From Protoeuglena noctilucae (lineage: Eukaryota), in NCBI GenBank assembly GCA_958009085.1, contig OY253675.1:496001-560000 (forward strand): a stretch of 64,000 nucleotides of DNA, given 5' to 3'. This document shows, one piece after another, positions 46,569 through 58,407 of this stretch; the first letter of the stretch is position 1, and each line of letters starts with the position of its first letter. The translations under genes were made by a program, and so were the position numbers. A model generated the notes under the pieces. The model made no database searches. It had not been told where the DNA came from and saw only the letters and a list, made by a program, of their open reading frames with translations.

Positions 46569-49500
46569 CCTCGCTCCCCGCGCAGCCCGCACGCTCCCGA
46601 CCGCCCCCCACCCCGCCAGCCCCACGCTCCCCGCCGTCACGCCCGCCACCGTCGTCGATCGCGACGTCGACGTCCGGCGAGAGGCCACAGAGGACGCAGC
46701 ACCGCCCACGGGCGCCGCACAGCTCTTGGACAAAGCCTTCCGCTTCCACCCCCCGGGCCGGCAGTGGGCCCCGAACAAGCCGTTGGGCAGGGCGGTGGCG
46801 GGGGAGCCGAAAGCAACGCGGCCGCTGCCCGCGACAGCGGCAGAGGCTCAACTGTCCCGGGCCAAGCTGAGGGAGCTGTTGGACTCGTTTGGAGAGTACC
46901 CCGAGCGGTACAGGTGATAGAGGACAAGGGATGGGGTGTGTTGTGATCGTGACGGTGGGTAGGGGCGGGGGTTGGGGGCGGTGCCGGTGAGGGTAACGGC
47001 TGGGCTGGGCTGTGTTGTTCTTAATGCGATCGTGTGTATCTATTGTTACACAGTGAAGGACCTCACCTGGCGCCAGCTCATACGCTTTCGAACCCCACCC
47101 CCCACGCACCACCGCTCAACCCTCACCACCACCCTCCCCCCCAGAACCCTCATCTGGCGCCAGCTCCTTCGCCTCCCCACCAACCGCGCCGCCTTCTCCT
47201 CCCTCCTGGCNNNNNNNNNNNNNNNNNNNNNNNNNNNNNNNNNNNNNNNNNNNNNNNNNNNNNNNNNNNNNNNNNNNNNNNNNNNNNNNNNNNNNNNNNN
47301 NNNNNNNNNNNNNNNNNNNNNNNNNNNNNNNNNNNNNNNNNNNNNNNNNNNNNNNNNNNNNNNNNNNNNNNNNNNNNNNNNNNNNNNNNNNNNNNNNNNN
47401 NNNNNNNNNNACCACCCACCCCCCACCCCCCAAACCCCAGGGCCCGCCTGGCCGACCTGGAGTTGCGTCAGAAGGCGGAGGAGGAGCAGATGCGCGCGGT
47501 GGAGTTCGCGGCCCACCAGCGCATGTGGCAGGCGGACGAGGAGGCGGCGAGGGAGGCGGCGGCCAGGAGGGTGCGGACGGCGGCGGCGGCCAGGAGGGCG
47601 CAGGTGAGGGTGGGGGGGGGGGAGGGTGGTGTGTGGTGGAGGGGGGTGGGGGTGGTCAGGAGGGCGCAGGTGAGGGGGTTGGGGTGGGTAAGGGTGGGGG
47701 TGGGGGTGGTGAGATGAGGTGGGTGTGTCTGAGGGTGCGGACAACGGCGGCGGCACGGAGGGCGCAGGTGAGGGATGAAGGGAGGGTGGTTTGGAGGGCG
47801 CAAACAATGTGGGACCCTCGTCACCTGTGCACCGACATCGCATGCCCTTTTGTAACCCCCCTCGTCATCCAATCACCCCCCACGCCCCACCCACCCACCG
47901 CAGGCGGACGTGCAGCTCCGCGAGCGCGAGGTGGAGTTGGAAGATTTAGACCGCGCGGCGCAAGTGAGGGCAGAGGCGGAGTCGCGTCACCGTGCACGGA
48001 TGGCCGCGGTGGAGGCGGAGGCGGCGGCCAAGGAGCAGGCGGAAGCGGAGGTGCTGGCGGCGCAGCTGGAGGTGAGGGAGATGGAGATGACTGGGTTGAT
48101 ATATGTATTATAGATGGGTAAGAGATGTGGTGGGTGAGTTGGTGAGGGGGGTGAGTGGGGTGGTGAGGGAGCAGGCAGAGGCACTGCTTTCACGCCACGA
48201 TTTCAACCCCCGCATATCTCAACACCCCACATCACCCCTCCAACCCATCCCCCGTCACCCGCAGAGTCTGTCCCAGCAGCACGCGCTCCTCTCCGACCGT
48301 CGCGCCCGCATCGCCATGCAACTGGCCGAGACGGGCGCTGCCGAGGCGGAGAGCCGGGCGAGGGCCAGGGAGGAGGCGCTGCTGGCACAGGAGACGGAGG
48401 TGAGGGTGGGGGTGGTGATAGTTATTGATAACGAATAGGGGCATAGATGGTATGGTGGTGGTAGTGATGGTGATGGGGTGTGCTGCTGGCACAGGAGACG
48501 GAGGTGAGGGTGGTATCGGATGGTGGTACTAAATAACGAATGGGGCAGGTGGGTGGTTGTGGTATTGATTGTGGTAGTGGTGGTGATGAGACGCGCTGCT
48601 GGCACAGGATTCAAACCTGTGACAGCTCTTCTCTGTCCACTCACATAATTAGCACTGCAACTCTCTCATTCTATTCTCTCCCCATCTCAGATGCTCCGTT
48701 CGGAGATGGAAGCGTTGCGCGATCGCGTGGAACAGGCGGGTGCGGCGCGTGAGCGTGATTTGGAAATCGCCAAGAGGGAGCAGGCGGCGATGAGGGAGGC
48801 GGTGGAGGAGAGGGCGAGTAGGGCGGAGAGGGAGATGAGGGTCAGGTGAGGGGGTGTGGGGGGTGGGGGGGTGGTTGGAGGGGTTGGGGTTGTTGGTTGG
48901 TCAGGTGTGGGAGATGGGGGACGTGGAGACACATCGCTTAGTCACATCATGCACGCTGCAGCCTCTCTCACTGCCACCCTCACCCCCACTGCCACCCCCA
49001 CCGCCACCCATCTCACTACCACCCCCACCCCCATCCCCCACTCTCCGCAGGGAGCAGCGCGAGCAGCTGCGCGACCGCGCGCGCGTGATGGAGGCGCAGA
49101 GTGCCAAAGAGGAGCAGCTGGCGAGAGCAGTGCTGGCGGAGCTGGCCAAGGAGAGAGCCAGGGACGCAGAGGCGGGGAGGGTCATGGTGAGTGGGTGATG
49201 AGATGGTGTGGATGGGTAATGAGTGAGTATTGGAGAGAGGGCCAGGGATGCCGAGGCGGAGAGGGTCATGGGGAGTGGGTGATGAGAGTAGGTGTGGTCA
49301 GTGGGAGTGGGGGTGGGTGATAAGTGAGAGGGGGAGAGGGTCATGGTGAGTGGTGGTGGGGTGGTAGTGGTGAGGAAGAGATCTGCTCCCAACGCCTCCC
49401 CATCCCCACTCACACTTTGCCAATCATATTCCTTACACCATTACCCACCTCCTCAGGCTGACCGCGAGACCGAGTTCCAGCAGCGCCTGGCCCATGCGCG

Positions 49501-51963
49501 TGAGGCCGCGGAGAGGGAGGCGGCAGTCACGGCCGAGGAGAGGGCGAGGTTCAAACAACTGCAGGAGGAGATGGCGGACCAGGCGGCGCAGAGGTGAGGG
49601 GTAGTGGTGGGGGTGGTGGTAGTAGTGGTGGGTAGAGAGTTGTTGGGGTGGTAGGCGGGGTCAGTGGGCGCGGAGATAAGGGAAGCGTACATCCAGTCAC
49701 CCGTCACCACACACCCCACCCACACCCACACCCGCACCTACACCCACACACCCTCTTCCCCCCACCATCCCAGGGAGGGCGACCGCCGCCGTCGCCACGA
49801 GGAGGTCCTGGCTCAGCTGGCACTTGAGAGAGAGAAGCGGCTGCTGGAACTGGACACGGAATGGAGGAGGCGGGTGGCCCGGGAGGAGATGCTGTTGCTG
49901 GAGAAGCGGGCCAGGGAGGAGGCGGCGGCGGCGGGGGAGGCGGAGCAAAAGGTGAGGGGGGGGGTGGGGGGGGTGATAGATTTGAAAAATAGTGTCTGTT
50001 TTAAAAGGAGAGGGGTTGTTTTGTTGGGGCGAGCAGTATCGGCGATGGTCTACGCACACACGGCGCCTCCTCACTTCACGATGCATGAGTCCATGCTCTT
50101 CCTTACACCTATCCCAAACAACACACCTCTGTGATGTATTTCTGTGATGTATTATCTAATCCGATCGCAGGACGTGGACTCGGAGCGCCGTATGGCCCGT
50201 GAGATCGCGGAGATCGGCCGCCGGGTGCGCCGCATGTCCCAGGAAGCAATGCGGGCGTCGACGGACGTGGGGAGGGCGGTGCGGGGGAGGGGGTTCGGGG
50301 GCAGGCGGGACCTCAGCCGCAAGGGTGGCAGGGGCCAGGGGATGGGTGCTGGTGCTAAGAGGGGGAGGGGCGATGGTGACAGTGAGGGCGAGGATGCTTC
50401 GGAGGGGGCACTGTCTGGCACGCTCTCTGGCAGCGTGTCTGACTCTGACAATGGCGGTGGTGGCGGTGGGCGGAGGGGCGCGGGGTCGGAGGGGAGCGTG
50501 AGTGCATCTGAGTTAGGGAGTGGAATTGGGTCTGGGAATGGGAGTGGGAGTGGGTCTACGCCTTCCGGGGAGTCGATGCCCAGCCAGCGCACGCCGCCCA
50601 CCTCTGAGGTGAGGGGAGGAGGGGGGGTCTGTGATCGGCACTACGCGCTCACAGAGCGATGCACTCGCACCTCGTCAGTACAGCACAATGTCGCAGCACG
50701 AACGCCCTGGGACCCCCAGAACACAACCATAATCACCGCCCCGCACCCCTCACCCCTTCCCCTCTCTCACAGGACCAGCCCCCCATCACCATTGCCTACC
50801 CCGGCGGCGCCCGCGACACCCGCACGTCGACCCACACCTCCGGGGGTGCCTCCAGTACTCAAAACGTGCTCCGTGCTCCGCTCACCCCGATCTCCTCCTT
50901 CAACGTGCTCCACGCCCCGCTCACCCCGCACTCCTCGTCCACCACCACTGCTGCGTCCGACCGATCCGCCCCGCTGTCGGCCAGTGAGGGTCGCTCCATC
51001 GCCCGTGACGCCGCTGCCCTCGCGGCAGGGCTCACGAGTCGTGCTGCAGATGTGGATCAGTCACTTACTAATAGATCCGCGTACCCTGTTGCTGGAAACG
51101 TGACTGGGTCGGCTATGGGTGGGGCAGGGTACCCTATGGCTGCGTATGGGGGGTCGGTGGGTGGTGGTGGCTCCTCGGGGACGTCCAGCGATGAGGGGCG
51201 GTCGCGGTTTGAGGCTTTCTTCCCTGGGCCTGAGGTGAGGGTTGGGGTGGGGTGGGATGGGGTGAGGGTGGTGGTGGATGAGGGCGGGATTGGGGTGGGT
51301 GAGGGTGGTGGGGTGAGGTGTCGCCCACCTCACCGCGTTAAGGGGTGAGGGTCGTGCCAGGCGAGTGCGAAACTCTCATTTCCGAAACAGCAGTGACGTT
51401 CTCGTGCCCAGACACCTACGTGACTTAGAACTTGCCGCTCGTGGCTTACAGGCGGAGTTGGGAAGGCGCGGAGTGGGTATGAGGGCGGCGGGTGTGGACG
51501 GTGACGACCGCCTGAGCGACGATGGAGACGATGATAACGATATCGATAATGATGATAATGACGACGACTTGGACCCGATGTCGCTGGAGAGGGCGGCGGC
51601 GCTGGGGATGCAGGGGCGGGGGGCGGGGTCTCCGCTCGAGTCGGCACGGTCCGGGATGAGCTCGGGTGAGATTCGAAGATCAGAAACGGAGGCTTTGGGT
51701 GTATGTGTGCTAGAGTGCGCAGAGCTCGTGTTACGCAAGTCCAGTGGTACTTTGCTTTGGTCGTTACCGGTGCCTACCGTCTGTCACTGAGATCTGGCAC
51801 CAGTACTGAGATGCCCGCCTCTGTCCTTGCAGGGATGGATTGGACGCTGAGCCAGACGACGGGCGCGGTGAGGGGCATGGGTGGGGCAGGCGGGGCGCGG
51901 GGTGCAAGTGCGGCGGATGCGTTTGAGGAGGTGACGTCGGAAGAGACAACGTCCGGGGCGTGA
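44284..51963 (+). CDS. TBC1D31: TBC1D31/WDR67-like protein (WD40 repeats + TBC domain + long coiled coil), interrupted by an assembly gap
   Basis: GQIWSARP..DGHI, ADTRGNIYV..NRYRL, WD40 repeats, LRELLDSFGEYPERYR|TLIWRQLLRLPTNRAAFSSL, then E/R/A-rich coiled-coil exons. Confidence 0.82.
47211..47410. other. Assembly gap (200 N)
   Basis: Run of N. It falls where most of the TBC domain is expected, so the real gap is probably longer than 200 bp. Confidence 0.99.
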
Positions 51964-52340
51964 GGGGAGATGGGAAGTGGGGTGGGATGAAGGGGGTTGG
52001 GAGAGGGGGGAGATGAGAGATGGTGTGGGATGTGTGGGGTGGGAGAGGGGGGTGGGAAGCATGGGGTGGGATGGGGACGTGACGGGTTGAGGAGGAGGTG
52101 CGGGAGGCAAGGGGAAGCTAAGTTTGGAAGTGGAGTGGGCCATGGCTTGGTGGTTGTGAGGTGGTGGTCGTGAAGAGCAAGGCAGGGTCCGTTGCTCACC
52201 GGAGGTGGTGACCTGGCATAGCGCATAGACTTATCGCGTCGTTCAACGTAGCAAGGCCGCGGCTGTCGTTGTCAGTGCATTGAAAGGCACGCGACTGCTC
52301 CTGGTCTCTTTACTATGTCTTAATTGTAGTTGGCAAGTGC

Positions 52341-53954
52341 TCAGTCGTTACTCTTGGCGATGGGGCCCGTCCAGGGAGATAGCACGGCGCAGGCCGGCGA
52401 GCAATCCGCTGCAATGAACTGCAAGGGAGGCGAGGGACGGTGGGTGTGAGGCGTGTATGGTGTTGTGACTCTGTTGGGTGGCATGGGCGTGCAGACGCGT
52501 GCAGGGGATAAGGGCGAGCAAGCTGTGACGGTATCCCATTGTAATTGTACTGAGCTCAAGACAAGGTTGCGTTGCCGGGACTTGCTCACCAGCTCTTTGT
52601 CCAGGGTGCACTGTCCCATGTCCTGGTTGGGCACGTACCCACGAGAGTACTGCGAATGAGTAGACATGCTTTGCAAAAGTCAGCACATATGGCTGTGCGA
52701 GTGTGCATCGGGTCCACCCACCGTCTCCGTGTCATGTGCAATGCCTCATGCGTCACACCCTCGAGGCCTCCCTGCATTGCCACACAGTCACAATCATCCG
52801 CCACTGCATTCCACACAACGCCTCGCCTCAGACCCGTAGTGCACGAACAGCTCCTCCCCCGCACGCACGGGCCGGCAGGTGTAGAACTCGACCACCGCGC
52901 GCTTGTTGGGGTCGTGCGCCGAGGGGGTGCCGTGGAGGTCGTAGGCGAAGGACGACACTGGGGGTGCATGGGACGTGGGGCTGTGTGAGACATGAGAGTG
53001 GGGGTGCAGGAGATCTCAAGGGTTTAAGCTTGCTTGTGACTCCCGCCAGCAACACCACGCCAGCAACACCATGGCCATGGAGCAGCAACCAGCACGCACC
53101 TGACATGACGTTGTAGGGTCTCCCCGGGGGCGCCTCATTCACAAAAGGAGTGGCGTTGAGCATGTCCTCGGTGAAGTCGCCGGGAGAGACGTCTCGGTTC
53201 GTGGGCACGCGGGGGATGACCCGGACGTCGATCGTCTCCGCTATCTCGATCGACCCGTCGTCGCGCAGCCTGGGGAAGCTATTGGCGGCGCTGCGGGGGG
53301 CGGCGACTCACAGGGGCTCACGAATTGAATAAGAAGTGGGTGATGGTAGATCTGGTGGCCTGGCTGATGGCGGCAGATGCCACAGCACGTTTCGCGTGGG
53401 GCTGTTACGGCGCGAGGCAGGTGCGGGCGAGGGCATGTACCCAGGGTATGTATGTCATGCACCTCCAATGCATGCATGCTCTAAGCACGTTCTCGGTGTG
53501 TCACCGGTGCATGTAGAAGGAGTAGATGCGGAGGCTCGGGTCCACGTGGGCGTCCAGGTCTGACTTGTCGTACAAGTCGCCGATGTACGTGCCGATGAAC
53601 GTGAACGCGGGAAGGTCCACTGCAAGTGCGGAGAGGTTTCTAGTATTGAGTGTCGCAGCCTCAACATAAATCGTGAGGTCGATGCACAGGCGCACGCTTG
53701 CTCACCTTTTGCGAAGGCCCCGTGCATGTTCGGCGAGATGGTGGAGGGCTTGACCTCGACGGCGCTCGCGGTGTAACGCAGCTCCTGCGAATGTAAACAC
53801 AGCCTCACAACGACTCGCGATCGGCCAGCGCGCACACCACAACGTCAAGCAACCCGGTAGCCACCTGAGATGTAACACGGAGAGTAGCAAGGGCATGCGG
53901 GACCTCGGGGGAGGCGTAGACGGGGCTCCCGAGCGTGGTGCGGGCCGTTATCAT
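52341..53954 (-). CDS. Small SET-domain protein
   Basis: VEVKPSTI..HGAFAK|VDLPAFTFIGTYIGD, FVNEAPPG..N, EFYTCRPVRAGEELFVHYGSE|Y. Both ends approximate. Confidence 0.8.
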
Positions 53955-54722
53955 GCTGTCCAAAAGCTGCGAGCATATCTGATGGGGATCCGAGGGCGCG
54001 GGGCCCACGTGACGCTTGAGAGGAGGCTTCGGTCGATAACTTTAGTTGAAGCCGACGTACAGCAGCGCGGCAAACGCGAGGAGTGCCTGCACGGGCGAGG
54101 GGGTGGCGCATAGATGCAGGTGGCCCCGCGCAGCGGCAGGACGACAGCGATGGACGCGGAGATCAAGCGTTCCGTTTATTGATCATGTTCATTCCGCAAA
54201 CGCATCATCGGATGGTTTCGTTCGCACCGCTAGCCTCGGGACGCGTCTTTCTCGCGGCTTCCCCGACATGGGGCCCGTCCGGGTGACCATGGACGGCGAC
54301 GATATAATCGCGTTTAGGGAGCGCGTCTGCTGCCCAGTTGCGAGGACGCTCTCTGCAGGCTGGAGCCCAGGAACGTGCTGAAAGGCACTGCGCCTCGTTG
54401 CAGCTCCCAATCGCCAGTGCTGCTCGCAAGCCCCCCTGTTCGATCGCGTCAGCCTTAGCTGTGCCACAGCTTTACACAACTCTGATTTCGGTGGTTGGGG
54501 AGGGAGCTTGAGTTCCACTGGCACGAACTCGCGCTGCTGGCAACGACTGAGGAGTGCGCGCCATCAACTGCCGCGCTGTCTATCAATTGCTCGGCTGTTC
54601 CTCAAACACCCCGCATACTGCTCCGCAGCCTCGTCCATCCCATCGGGTGAAGGCTCGGTGCCCATCGTTGCTGGTCCCGCCACGTCCCGGCTCGCACTCG
54701 GCGCGCTCGCCGGATAGCGTCC

Positions 54723-56460
54723 ATGGAAGCGGCAGGGGCGTCCACGTCCCGGGCGCGGTGGGAGGTGGAGAACGAAGTGCAGGCGAGGAGCCGGGAGGCC
54801 CTGGGGGGGCTTGCTGCAAGTCGGCCTCCCCCGGGGCGATCCCCGTGCGACTGCCACATCTTCGCGCAGGAGGTGGAAGATGTGGACGAGCTTCTTCGAT
54901 GGAATCCGGCGGACGTCCAGACGCAGCTGCAGCGCAAGCCCTGGTCGCGCGACCCGCGCTACTTTCGCAAGGTCAAGATCTCGGCGCTCGCGCTGCTCAA
55001 GATGGCGATGCACGCGCGTTCAGGAGGCAATCTAGAAGTGATGGGGATGGTGCAGGTGTGCGCCGTGGCCGTGCTTGGGGCGATGCGCGCGTTGAAAGCC
55101 GTGCGTCCTGCTCCCTCTCGCGCGATGAAGCCCTGCCCTGCGCCCCCGCGATCTAGGCAGCGCGCAAGTCTTGATTGCTCCCTCCCTCTCTCGCATCTCA
55201 GGGCAAGGTGGCCGGGGACACGTTCGTGGTAGTGGACGCGTTTGCGCTCCCCGTGGAGGGCACGGAGACGCGCGTCAACGCCCACGACCAGGCGTACGAG
55301 TTCATGGTAAATTTCCAAAGCGCATCCCAAGCAGCGGGGCGCCCGGAGAACGTCTGCGGGTGGTACCACTCGCACCCGGGGTACGGGTGCTGGCTGTCGG
55401 GCATTGATGTGGGGACGCAGACGGAGCAGCAGCAGTTCCAGGACCCTTTCGTCGCCATCGTCATCGACCCGGTCAAGACGGCGGCTGCTGGGAAGGTCGA
55501 GGTCGGGGCTTTCCGCACCTACCCCAAGGTACGCAGGCCCGTCGTACCTCCCCAGCTACCCTAATTGGGCTCCTTGCATGCCCATGCGCCCAGGCAGCGC
55601 TGCGGGAGGCATGGGACACAAGACACCTGCATCTGTTGTGCCGGGCGAGGTGGCACTTTCGCCATCTTAGTCGTCGTGTTTTGTCGTGCGTTTGCAGGGG
55701 CACACTCCGGCAGACAGGGGTGCAGGCGAGCACCAGAGCATCCCCTTGGAGAAGATCGAGGAGTATGGCGTGCACGCCAAGCACTACTACGCCCTGGAGG
55801 TCTCCTTCTTCAAGAGCAAGGCGAGGGCAGTGCATGAGCAATTCATGTAGTATGCACACCCACGGCGCTTGCATGATGAGGTTACCTTGGCGTGAGAAGA
55901 CCAAAGGGGGTGCTCTTTATTCCCAGCAACAGCACTGCTGCGGCCCGGCCTCAGCCGATCACGTCCCGCCCTCACGCAGGTGGATGCCCAGTACTTTGAC
56001 CTGATGTGGAGCAAGTACTGGGCATCGACGCTCTCCTCGGACCCTCTCGTGGCCACCCGCCCCTTCGCGACGTCCCAGATGCTCGACGTGGCGCAGAAGC
56101 TCGAGAAAGAAGCGGCGCGCATCGCAGCATCGGGCGGGGCCATGCAAGCGGAGGTGAGGGGCGTGGAGAGGGGCAACGCGAGACACCTCCCCGGAGAGCG
56201 TCGTGGAGGAGAGAGGCGCGCGACTCCTGCCGGTTCGCCGTCCACCATGGCGTAGCCCAGCGGAGTGTAGTATTAGAGGCACTGCCACACTCACTCGGTT
56301 CCGTCACCCCAACTACCCCACCTCTCCCTCTGCCCAGGCTGCCACAAGGCGCGATGAGAAGCTGCAGGGCACGCGCCGGGACGCGGCGGCCGTGGCGGTG
56401 GAGACGCTGAAGGGCCTGGCCACGCACTCACTCAAGGGGGCGCTGTTCCGAACCAAATGA
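54723..56460 (+). CDS. CSN5: COP9 signalosome subunit 5 (JAMM deneddylase)
   Basis: Motifs [73 protein letters not shown]. Confidence 0.97.
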
Positions 56461-56745
56461 CTGCGCGCGCCTGATGGCGCCCGATGCAAGGCACTTGTGG
56501 GCTAGGCAGTCATGAGTCTATGCGCTGCCTGCGAGTTTGGCCTCAGCCAATTTGCGCGCCATTCCTTGCTCTTCCTTAGGGTTGCACCAAGCGTCCAACC
56601 TGGGATTGAAACCACGGCGTCTCACTTCAAAAAGCGTCGCGAAGCGCAGGCGCGTGGACTTTGGAACGCCGGCACGCGGTGTCTGGCCCCTCGCGCCTCA
56701 AAGGGGCACGGGCACTGGCGCGGCCGACTGCCAGTGGCTGGCGTT

Positions 56746-57985
56746 TCAGTGCTTGCCGAAGAGGTTGCTGCGGATGCCCGGGAGGTTCTGCTCGACGATG
56801 ATGCGCAGGCGATCGTCGAGGGTGTTGGAGGAGATGATGCGGCCGTCGGCGGAGGTGACCTGCACGCCGCCCATGCACGTGGCGACATCAGGGTCGTCGC
56901 GGGACCCGGGGGCGGGTGGCAAGAAGTGCGCCGTGTCAAGGGTGGCCGAGGGGGCGGGCCTCCCCACCACCTTCTCGTACAGGCTCCGCGCCGCCTCGAT
57001 GCAGCCCTGCACGATCTGCTGGTCGCTCTGCAAGCATGCAGGGAGAGGCGATGGTCAGAGCGCACGACTCAGGGAGCCACCGACGGCGCTGAGGGCCTCG
57101 CTGCGCCAGTGGCAAGCGCATAGCTGGTGCAGCTGAAAGAGTATGAATGAGAGCACGCCTCAACAGCAGCCCCGGGAGCCCACCTGACGAGCGCGGACCA
57201 GGACGCTTGCACCCCCAATGTGCTGCATCGACTGGCAGATGAGCTTGGTGAGGAGGTCCTTGTACCGCGTAGGGTTCGACGCCACCTTCATGACCTCGGC
57301 CCGGCAGTCCTCGACGACCCCACTGAGCAGCTCCTGCCGCGCTTGCAGCACCTGAAGCCGCACCATGTTGAGCTGCTTGGACCCCTCGATCTTCTTCTTG
57401 GCCTCCAGCTGGTGCGTCTTGCGCTCGAAGTCCTTCCTGCGCGCAAGCCGAGCCCACGCGCCGTCAGGAGAGGGCGCCCGTCAAACGCCCGCCCGGCGTG
57501 CAGCTCCTGGAAGCAAGCCCAGCAACGCACCGCAGCTTGGCCTTCTCGGCCTCCACCGTCTGGAGCTTGGCGATGTTGAACTCCTCCTCCGCCTCCACCA
57601 TCAGCTCCCGCGCCTTCTCATCCGCCTCCTGCTTGATGAAGGAAATCATCGCCTGCAGCTGGCGCATGGCCTGCGTGGAAAGAGGGGTCTCCCGGGTAGG
57701 CCTGCGATGTGTCATACCCAACCTCGCCACTCCAGCCTCTCCCTCGCGCGGGACGGGGCCAGGGTCGCGGGCTCGAGGGGCACGGGCGAAGTTCGCACGG
57801 CTCCGACGGGGCTTGGACATCGGGAGCGCCCCGCTGGCAGATATTGCGTTCATGAGCTTGTGCGGAGGTCCCGAACCGGCATCGGGTGCAAGCTCGGACG
57901 CGGGGGGGACCAGCCCGAGCTTGGGGCGGTTCGCGAGAGCTGGAGGCCGAACGCGGGGTGATGGACTCACCTCGGGGTCATTCAT
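56746..57985 (-). CDS. VHA-E: V-type H+-ATPase subunit E
   Basis: MNDPE|AMRQLQAMISFIKQEADEKARE..AEEEFNIAKLQ, RLQVLQARQE, CMGGV..DGRIISSNTLDDRL. Confidence 0.95.
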
Positions 57986-58407
57986 CGCGTCTCCCCCACT
58001 TCAGCGGTCCCCGGCAGAGGCTCAGGATCGTCCCACCGTTCGCCCGAACGCTCCGACGCAAGACGGCCCAAGGACCCTTCGGAGCAGTCGGTATTAGAGC
58101 GCAGTTACCGGAGTCACGTGGCACGGGGTCACGGAGAGGCCGAGGAGCGCGGGCGGAGGGGCGGACATGCTCGTTTCACTGGCACTGCCGGCCCCGTTGC
58201 GTTTTCTCCACCCGGGCGCCGAGACGGATCGCCAACGACGTGTGCTGACGATTCATGTTCCGATAGGTGTAGAAGCATTGCGTGGTTCAAAAGTTGTGCC
58301 TCGGAGCCGACGTTATCCCCCGTTGCACTATTTGGCGCCGATTTTGGGGCCCGATGGGGGCCCAGTCGTCCAAGGTCGAAGCAGAGAGCCGCGATGTGAT
58401 GCTAGGA

